Source of the DNA: a candidate division WWE3 bacterium RAAC2_WWE3_1 | GTDB taxonomy: Bacteria; Patescibacteriota; WWE3; UBA101185; UBA10185 | Assembly (NCBI GenBank): GCA_000503835.1 | Contig: CP006914.1 | Span: forward strand, 593,680 to 657,679 | Reading direction: 5' to 3' | Length of the DNA: 64,000 nt | Part shown: in pieces, positions 57,472-64,000 of the stretch | Layout of the letters: the number at the start of each line of letters is the position of its first letter | Numbering within the stretch: position 1 is the first letter of the stretch | The notes under the pieces: model-generated | What the model saw: only the letters and a program-made list of their open reading frames with translations | Told to the model about the DNA's origin: nothing | The model's database searches: none | Program-made: the position numbers and the translations under genes

Positions 57472-57618
57472 GCTGCGAGTATAACATTGACGGTACGGTG
57501 TTTATAGGATATGTTCTAAGTATTAACAACTTAACCGTCCCTAACGGGCGGGGTAAAAAGGATAGAGACCGGTGAAATAGAGAGTCCCGGTCAAAGCGTC
57601 CGGGCAGATGCAAAGGTT

Positions 57619-58434
57619 TCAACCGTGTGTTTGTCCGGATTTTTTAATCAACTGCAAAACTTTCTTTGAGTATTTTATTAAACTCCGGTCTTTTTCTTTG
57701 ACCGACAAGTTAAATTTACCAAACTCATGTTTATATTTTCCCTGCAACGCTCCTACCCCCCTAAGATGGTAGTCAAAAGCCGCTCTTATGTTTTTCCAGA
57801 CAAACTGCACACGGCCTTCTTTTTCTAATCTTCTGACGCTGAATTTTATTTTCGGGTCTTTTAACAGGGCATATTTATATCCGGCCTTAAACATTCTTCC
57901 CACCAAATCAAAATCTTCGGCCAGTTTAACTTCTTCCTGAAAACCGCCCACAGCATCAAAAGAGGATTTTTTGACATAAATAAAAGTTCCTACGGCCGCG
58001 GGAAATCTGTCCTTTACGGTCTCCAGATATAACTGGTTAAACGCCCAGTAAAGAAATTCGTCGATTAATTTGTCGGAGATGGGAACGTTCCACGAAGAAA
58101 GGACGTCAACGTTTCCTTTTTCGATGTAACAATCAATCTTCGAAATAAAATCCGGCTCAGGAGCAACATCCGCATCAAAAAATATTAAATGTGGGGCTTT
58201 TGCCATTTTCGCGGCGTAATTGCGCTGAAAAGAAACACCTCTCTTGGGCGATTCGACAAAAGTGAGGGCGAGTTTATCTTTAAATGAGCCAACCACCTGT
58301 CGTGTTTTATCCTCACTGACAGCGTCTACCACAATTACTTCAAAATCCTTAAACTCCTGATCGGCCAGGGCTTCCAGGAGGATTCCTATGTATTTTTCCT
58401 CATTTAGTGTCGGTATTAGTACGCTATATTTCAT
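57619..58434 (-). CDS. Glycosyltransferase family 2.
   Basis: MKYSVLIPTLNEEKYIGILLEALADQEFKDFEVIVVDAVSED is the GT2 N-terminal signature. The DAD-type motif reads DADVAPE. Confidence 0.8.
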   Translation of the reverse strand: MKYSVLIPTLNEEKYIGILLEALADQEFKDFEVIVVDAVSEDKTRQVVGSFKDKLALTFVESPKRGVSFQRNYAAKMAKAPHLIFFDADVAPEPDFISKIDCYIEKGNVDVLSSWNVPISDKLIDEFLYWAFNQLYLETVKDRFPAAVGTFIYVKKSSFDAVGGFQEEVKLAEDFDLVGRMFKAGYKYALLKDPKIKFSVRRLEKEGRVQFVWKNIRAAFDYHLRGVGALQGKYKHEFGKFNLSVKEKDRSLIKYSKKVLQLIKKSGQTHG

Positions 58435-58489
58435 ATACTCCTATATTTCATATACTCCTATATTTCCTATACTCCTATATTTCATACAG
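58425..58489. repeat. 17-bp tandem direct repeat of about 3.8 copies, spanning the GT2 start codon and the ksgA stop.
   Basis: TATATTTCATATACTCC occurs three times, followed by TATATTTCATACAG. On the coding (minus) strand each unit reads AAATATAGGAGTATATG. That is a GGAG Shine-Dalgarno plus an ATG, so the gene's start region is reiterated. Confidence 0.85.
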
Positions 58490-59255
58490 ATTCCGGGGAA
58501 TGTAGTAACTTATAAAATTCCAGCCATTCCTCCGAACTCAGGTTTTGCGGTCTGAGTTTCGGGTCTATGCCGCCTTTGGTCAACTCTTCCTTTGAAAAGG
58601 GCTTGTTGAGCATTTTTCTCGGGTGAGAAAATGCACGGTGCAGAAACCCTTCGTACTTTTCAATCGTACCACGGTCCATTTCGATATTTGTTCTCGTCAG
58701 TTTAATGACAGCTCCATCCACTTTAGGGGCGGGTGTAAATTCGGTTTTAGAGACATTGAATAAAAGTTCGGCGTCGTAGAAGGTTTGAATAAAAGTTGAT
58801 ATGTATGAAGCGTCAGGAACCTTGCTGCAAACTTTTTCGGCAACTTCTTTTTGGATAAGGAAAACCGCGCTTCCGGGCATTACATTCATTTTTACGACCG
58901 CATGTAGAATGGGGGATGTTATGTAATAAGGTAAAGACCCCAGCACTTTAACTTTTCTTTCGGAAGTAAAAGTCGGAAGCCATTTTAAAATATCGGCGTG
59001 GACTATCTCTATATTCGGTTCGCTCACATACATTCCGAAAAGTTTTTGGGCAAAACGCTCGTCGACCTCGACCGCATAAACCTTTACATCGCGCCCTGAG
59101 ATGCGACGTAAAAGTACCTCCGTGAGAATACCGTGTCCGGGTCCTATCTCGATAATATCCTCGCCGTTAGCTATGTCCAGCGCGTCGACCATAGGCACCA
59201 CAATAGATGGTTTAGACAAGAAATTCTGACCTAAAGATTTTACCGGCTCGTACAT
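58482..59255 (-). CDS. rsmA: 16S rRNA (adenine1518/1519-N6) dimethyltransferase KsgA/RsmA.
   Basis: GQNFL motif and SAM-binding IIEIGPGHGILT. The ORF is open to 59339. I prefer the Met at 59255. Confidence 0.85.
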   Translation of the reverse strand: MYEPVKSLGQNFLSKPSIVVPMVDALDIANGEDIIEIGPGHGILTEVLLRRISGRDVKVYAVEVDERFAQKLFGMYVSEPNIEIVHADILKWLPTFTSERKVKVLGSLPYYITSPILHAVVKMNVMPGSAVFLIQKEVAEKVCSKVPDASYISTFIQTFYDAELLFNVSKTEFTPAPKVDGAVIKLTRTNIEMDRGTIEKYEGFLHRAFSHPRKMLNKPFSKEELTKGGIDPKLRPQNLSSEEWLEFYKLLHSPESV

Positions 59256-59298
59256 AACTCTATTATACCTGTAACCACAAACACTTGCCCCGAAGGTT

Positions 59299-61248
59299 TT
59301 ACCAGTTGAAATTATTCCGATTGTAATCAAGGTCGTCAAGAAAATCGTCTACCGAGCCGGGCAGGCGGGGTAGCTTTCCTTTTTCCATACTAATTCCGCG
59401 GTATTCCAGAATTTCGCCGGGAAGCTCTCCCAAAAATCTGCTGGGAATATTTACCTGAACGCTTCCGAAATACAAGCGGCTTGAAACACACGTCATAAAG
59501 ACTTTTTCTTTTGCCCGGGTAATTGCGACGTAACATAAACGTCTTTCCTCTTCCAATGCATCCTGTTCCAAAAGAGATTGGGTGTGAGGAAATAAACCCT
59601 CTTCCATTCCAACAATAAAAATCACAGGAAACTCCAAGCCTTTCGAAGCATGCACGGTCATTAATGTTACAACGGGAACATTTTCATCCCGGGGTCGATC
59701 AGAACTTTCTATCAAAGCCACATTTTCCAGGAATTCGTTCAGGTCAACGAACTGGGCGGCAACCGACTTCAATTCGTTAATGTTTTCGATTCTCTGAAAA
59801 TTTTCGTCGGTTCCGTCGTTTAGCCACTCAATATATTTGGTGTCAGCAAGAATCTTTTCCATAAGTTCCAGTGTCGATAAAGTTTTGGCCGAAGCAATCC
59901 ATTCCCTAATCGGAAGGTGGGATTTTTCTTCTACGGCCCCGATGTCCCACTTTAATTGTTTTAACTGTTCTTCGGATTTTTGCCCTATTCCGCGGGGAGG
60001 AACATTTATAATTCGGGACCAGGACACTTTATCTTTCGGATTATGTACAACCTTCAAATACGAAATGATGTCTTTAATCTCTTTTCTCCCGTAGAACCGC
60101 ACACCGCCGATGATGCGGTAAGGGATATTATTTCTTATAAAATGTTCTTCGATGTTTCTTGACTGAGCGTTCGTCCGGTAAAGAACAGCTATATCCGAAT
60201 AACCTTTTCCGCTCATTAATGCCTCCGATATTTCATTTACTAAAAAGGACGCCTCATCTTTTTCCGAAGCTCCGCGGTAAACTATCAAACGATCTCCCTT
60301 GGAATTGTCCGTCCACAAATCGAGAGGAATATGCGTGGAATTATTTTTTATTAAATTTTTCGCCGCCTCGAGAATATTTTTCGTCGACCTGTAATTTTTT
60401 CCGAGATTATAAATTTTTGCTTTCGGATAATCGTTTTGAAAATTGAGAATGTTCCTGAAATCGGCGCCCCGAAAACTGTAAATTGCCTGCGACATGTCTC
60501 CCACAACGAAAAGGTTTTCGTGACCGTTAGCTAACGCTTTCGTAAGCGCGTACTGAACTTTGTTCGTATCCTGATATTCGTCCACCAAAATGAACTTAAA
60601 AAGTTCCTGATATTTTTTCAGAATGTGGGGGGACTCCTCGAATAAATGAACGGTTTCCAAAAGTAAATCATCAAAATCCAATGCATTACTTTGGCGTAAA
60701 CGCTGCTGGTACTCAGGATATATTTTAGCGACAGTTTTCTGAAAATAACCCTGGGCATATCCCGCGTACATTTCAGGAGAAACCATTTCGGATTTTGCGC
60801 CGGAGACATGCTCCAGCACCGCACGCGGGTGAAACCTTTTTGTGTCCATTCCGAAATCCTTTTCTATGTCGCGTACAACGGCAACCTGGTCGTCGGTATC
60901 ATAGATAACGTAGGAAACGGGAATACCTACATCACGGCCGTCCTTCCTTAATATTTTGGCACAGATACTATGAAAAGTTCCGCTCCAGGGCAAACTGTTT
61001 TCAGAACCCAGAATGTCTTTTACCCTGGACTTAATCTCGTCTGCCGCCTTGTTTGTGAAAGTGACACACAAAATATTGGTCTCAGGTACCTTTTTCTCTT
61101 CAATAAGAAAGGCTACCCTGTGGGTTAAAACACGGGTTTTTCCGCTACCGGGGCCTGCAACCACGAGAGCGGGGCCAAGATAATGGGAAACTGCAGCAAT
61201 CTGGTCTTCATTAAGATCTTTTAGAAAAATACCGGTAGTATCCGACAC
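59299..61248 (-). CDS. pcrA: ATP-dependent DNA helicase PcrA/UvrD (SF1A).
   Basis: Motif I VVAGPGSGKTRV. Motif II VDEYQDTN. Motifs IV to VI are present. 649 aa, with no nuclease domain. Confidence 0.9.
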   Translation of the reverse strand: MSDTTGIFLKDLNEDQIAAVSHYLGPALVVAGPGSGKTRVLTHRVAFLIEEKKVPETNILCVTFTNKAADEIKSRVKDILGSENSLPWSGTFHSICAKILRKDGRDVGIPVSYVIYDTDDQVAVVRDIEKDFGMDTKRFHPRAVLEHVSGAKSEMVSPEMYAGYAQGYFQKTVAKIYPEYQQRLRQSNALDFDDLLLETVHLFEESPHILKKYQELFKFILVDEYQDTNKVQYALTKALANGHENLFVVGDMSQAIYSFRGADFRNILNFQNDYPKAKIYNLGKNYRSTKNILEAAKNLIKNNSTHIPLDLWTDNSKGDRLIVYRGASEKDEASFLVNEISEALMSGKGYSDIAVLYRTNAQSRNIEEHFIRNNIPYRIIGGVRFYGRKEIKDIISYLKVVHNPKDKVSWSRIINVPPRGIGQKSEEQLKQLKWDIGAVEEKSHLPIREWIASAKTLSTLELMEKILADTKYIEWLNDGTDENFQRIENINELKSVAAQFVDLNEFLENVALIESSDRPRDENVPVVTLMTVHASKGLEFPVIFIVGMEEGLFPHTQSLLEQDALEEERRLCYVAITRAKEKVFMTCVSSRLYFGSVQVNIPSRFLGELPGEILEYRGISMEKGKLPRLPGSVDDFLDDLDYNRNNFNW

Positions 61249-61353
61249 GTAAATAACATATCACAGCTGACTTTTTTGTCGATACTCGGTCAATACCCAA
61301 AAAACTGTCTAAAAACTATAAATTCCCGCCGTTACCGTTTACAATACAATTAC

Positions 61354-61848
61354 ATGTTCAAGCAGTATCTCCCTTACATAATGCTGGCGATTGTACTTGC
61401 ACTTGGCATTTATCTTGCGGGTATCGTTCGTGAAAAAGAGATGCCTCCGATACCCGGAGCGAAATTTTATACGATACGGTTTGACAACGGCGTTACTCTG
61501 AAAGCAGAGGTGGCTGAGACAAAAGAGAAGCTCAAAACCGGCCTCATGTTCAGAGAGAAACTGGCCAAAAATACCGGAATGATCTTTATATTCGGCATGG
61601 AGTACACCTACTCTTTTTGGATGAAAAATACACTGATTCCCCTGGACATAATTTGGGTCAATAGTCGGATGGAAGTCGTCGACGTATCGCGTGAGGTGCC
61701 GCCCTGCGTAACCGAAAAATGCCCCACCTACTCGCCGCAATACCCCGCAACGTATGTCATCGAAACTCCCGCCAAATGGACCGTGTGGAATAAAATCTAC
61801 CCAAGCATGAAGATCACGGTGTATCGAGAAGATGGTGCTCAACTGTGA
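61354..61848 (+). CDS. DUF192 (COG1430) family protein.
   Basis: An N-terminal TM helix, then GMIFIF...FWMKNTLIPLDIIWV, which is typical of DUF192. The ORF is open from 61276. Confidence 0.55.
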   Translation: MFKQYLPYIMLAIVLALGIYLAGIVREKEMPPIPGAKFYTIRFDNGVTLKAEVAETKEKLKTGLMFREKLAKNTGMIFIFGMEYTYSFWMKNTLIPLDIIWVNSRMEVVDVSREVPPCVTEKCPTYSPQYPATYVIETPAKWTVWNKIYPSMKITVYREDGAQL

Positions 61849-62818
61849 TACCGTATTGGGAAAACCCGTAGTCCAGCATTATTACCATGTCCCCCTTGCG
61901 GTCTATACTGTTCAATACTATCCCCACAAGTTTTTTGCCGGAATTCACCGCGTAGGTTGAAAGGCTTAGCCCCGCTTCCTCGGTATACCCCGTTTTTACA
62001 CCGATAACCCCGGGATAGGTTGTTAGAAGGTTAGTCTGGTTCACAAGATACAGGTATTTATGCAGGTCCGAATATGGCAGTTCCTTTTCGACCGTGGCCA
62101 CAATCTCTCTGAACTCTTTGTGTCTCATGGCGTACTGGGTTAATACGGCCAAATCCGAAACCGTTGTGTAAGAACGATCGTCCAGCCCGCTGGGGTCGAA
62201 GAACCGGGTGTCCTTCAAACCCAGCTCACCGGCCTTTCTGTTCATCCACTCTACGAATTCTCCGGATGAACCCGCAACATTCTCGGCAAGAGTGTAGGCG
62301 GCGTCGTTTCCGGAATTTAATAAGAGTCCGTACAACAATTCTTCAATAGAGTAGGCCTCTCCCTCCGAAACTCCCATTTCGTTTTCACCGACGGAATCAG
62401 CCGCGGCCGTAACTGTTGCGTAGTCAGATAGAGATTTATGTTCTAGTGTGATGACCGCGGTCATTATTTTAACCAGACTGGCCATAGGCAGTCTCCGGTC
62501 TATCTCTTTTCCGTAAAGGATTTTTCCCGTATCCGCGTCCACCATAACCCCCGCGCTTCCGGCAATGAGGTCAGGAGAAAAATCGTCGTCCTCCGTAACC
62601 AGTGCCAATGGTTCCGTGCTAAATTCCGGAGATCTCAGTGTTTCCAAATATTCATCCTTAACACCCTCAACTTTTACCTCTCCGGTCATTCCGCTTTTCA
62701 GAAAAAACATACCCGAAGCGATAAGTAACAATAGTATCGCCGGAATAACCCACAACCATAATCCGCCCCCTACAAATTTTTTTGAAGTTTGTGAAATTTT
62801 TTGCGGATAGCTGTACAT
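61814..62818 (-). CDS. dacA: D-alanyl-D-alanine carboxypeptidase (low-molecular-weight PBP, PBP5-like).
   Basis: SxxK motif ASLVK, SxN motif LNSGND, KTG motif KTGYT. There is an N-terminal signal anchor. Confidence 0.85.
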   Translation of the reverse strand: MYSYPQKISQTSKKFVGGGLWLWVIPAILLLLIASGMFFLKSGMTGEVKVEGVKDEYLETLRSPEFSTEPLALVTEDDDFSPDLIAGSAGVMVDADTGKILYGKEIDRRLPMASLVKIMTAVITLEHKSLSDYATVTAAADSVGENEMGVSEGEAYSIEELLYGLLLNSGNDAAYTLAENVAGSSGEFVEWMNRKAGELGLKDTRFFDPSGLDDRSYTTVSDLAVLTQYAMRHKEFREIVATVEKELPYSDLHKYLYLVNQTNLLTTYPGVIGVKTGYTEEAGLSLSTYAVNSGKKLVGIVLNSIDRKGDMVIMLDYGFSQYGITVEHHLLDTP

Positions 62819-62891
62819 AATATGAAGACCAAAAATTATGTTATCATAGATGTCGTTCGTAGGATTTAATTTTATTTAAGGACAACTATCT

Positions 62892-63155
62892 ATGGTGCAA
62901 TTACTGGATTTTTACGCGGATTGGTGCGGACCTTGTAAAATAATGGCTCCCGTGCTGGAAGAAGTCGAAAAAGAACTTAGCGATAAACTTGAAGTGAAAA
63001 GAGTCGACGTAGAAGCAGAGGGCGGGAAGGCTTCAGAATTTGCAATTTTCAGCATCCCCACCTTTGTAATTATGAAAGATGGGAAAGAGGTCGACAGAAA
63101 AGAAGGGGCTATGCCTAAAGAAATGCTGAGGAGCTGGATTAATTCGCATCTATAG
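62892..63155 (+). CDS. trxA: Thioredoxin.
   Basis: WCGPC active site. 87 aa. Confidence 0.85.
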   Translation: MVQLLDFYADWCGPCKIMAPVLEEVEKELSDKLEVKRVDVEAEGGKASEFAIFSIPTFVIMKDGKEVDRKEGAMPKEMLRSWINSHL

Positions 63156-63168
63156 ATATAATTACCCT

Positions 63169-64000
63169 ATGACTGCCCGTCTGGCAATTAACGGTTTCGG
63201 AAGAATCGGAAGAGCTTCCCTAAAGATAGCTTTAGAAAAGGACGGCGTAGAAATTGCCGCCATTAACGACTTAACCAATCCCCGTATACTCGCACACTTT
63301 TTAAAATACGATTCGGCGTACGGTGTTTACGATAAAGATGTTTACGTTGAAGAAGACGGGAAGATAGTGCGGCTGGAAGACAACGAGGGTCAAAAAGATT
63401 TTTTCTCTCTGACGGGCAAAGAAAATTATCTGGTTGTAGAAGGAAAAAAAAGCCGGGTGTTCTCGGAAAAAGACCCTGCTAAGCTTCCCTGGGGCGAACT
63501 AAATATTGATACAGTACTGGAATGCACCGGAAGGTTTACCGAAAACGACTCCGCTAAAGCTCATATAACCGCGGGCGCAAAAAAAGTTGTGATATCGGCT
63601 CCTACAAAAGGCGGGGATGCCCAAACTTTTTTGATGGGCGTTAACGATTCCCAGTACCTTGGACAAAACATTATCTCGAACGCCTCGTGTACTACCAACT
63701 GCATCTCGCCGGTTCTTGCGGTAATGCATTCCAAATTTAAGGTGCTAAAAGCCGTGATGAGCACGGTACACGCCATAACGGCAAATCAAAGTGTGGTTGA
63801 CGGTCCTCCTGTGGGTGACAAGCCCGACATGAGAAGGTCACGTGCGTCAGGGTACAACATATCTCCTACCAGCACAGGAGCGGCAAAGGCCACAATCAAA
63901 GCAATACCTGAATTGGAAGGAAAGTTTGACGGAATTGCTTTAAGGGTTCCCATAATCACCGGCTCTATCTCCGATATCACAATGCTGGTTGAAAAAAAGA
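63169..64000 (+). CDS. gap: Glyceraldehyde-3-phosphate dehydrogenase. Partial, continuing beyond the window end.
   Basis: INGFGRIGR NAD-binding motif and ASCTTNC active site. The ORF runs off the window end, so it is absent from the track. Confidence 0.9.
   Translation, partial: MTARLAINGFGRIGRASLKIALEKDGVEIAAINDLTNPRILAHFLKYDSAYGVYDKDVYVEEDGKIVRLEDNEGQKDFFSLTGKENYLVVEGKKSRVFSEKDPAKLPWGELNIDTVLECTGRFTENDSAKAHITAGAKKVVISAPTKGGDAQTFLMGVNDSQYLGQNIISNASCTTNCISPVLAVMHSKFKVLKAVMSTVHAITANQSVVDGPPVGDKPDMRRSRASGYNISPTSTGAAKATIKAIPELEGKFDGIALRVPIITGSISDITMLVEKK

Overview
This 64-kb window is gene-dense, about 42% GC, and looks bacterial. The gene content and organisation suggest a Candidate Phyla Radiation (Patescibacteria) lineage, which is my inference. 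The evidence is a split rRNA operon, a 23S gene with two group I introns, a split transketolase, an ATP-dependent DNA ligase, tandem FemAB homologues, very large surface glycosyltransferase membrane proteins, and weak Shine-Dalgarno usage.

Layout, from low to high coordinates:
- Minus strand, 1 to 15.2 kb: two giant GT-C-type membrane proteins flank a Pro/Thr-rich secreted protein. After them come an A/P/V-rich anchored protein, small membrane and RHH proteins, a PIN/TRAM protein, radA, clpC and rpsA.
- Plus strand, 15.2 to 16.6 kb: an acidic hypothetical protein.
- Minus strand, 16.7 to 26.3 kb: an unusual rRNA locus. It reads 5S, then a 4.1-kb 23S carrying two group I introns (one encodes a LAGLIDADG homing endonuclease), then tRNA-Ala. 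A 3.5-kb insert follows, holding a YvcK-like gene, an opposite-strand tRNA-Ile, a 42-bp tandem repeat and three small hypothetical genes. Next comes a bidirectional terminator, and then 16S.
- 26.8 to 47.9 kb: a polyamine fusion enzyme (BpsA-like aminopropyltransferase fused to AdoMetDC). After it come a secreted BNR-propeller/M23 peptidase, mnmA, a GT4 glycosyltransferase, mutM, recF, a degenerate Fic+wHTH protein and an ATP-dependent ligase. Next is a pentose-phosphate/glycolysis block: lgt, rpiB, rpe, LOG, split tkt with an inserted ORF, a PfkB kinase, class II FBA and a 2-hydroxyacid dehydrogenase.
- 47.9 to 64 kb: nth, a 5'-3' exonuclease, metG, rmuC, a UvrD-nuclease fusion, two tandem FemAB paralogs, and a GT2 whose start codon lies in a 17-bp tandem repeat. 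Then come ksgA, a PcrA-like helicase, DUF192, a DD-carboxypeptidase, thioredoxin and the start of gap.

No CRISPR array, integrase or transposase was seen. All calls rest on reading the six-frame translations and the rRNA/tRNA sequences by eye; no database search was run.
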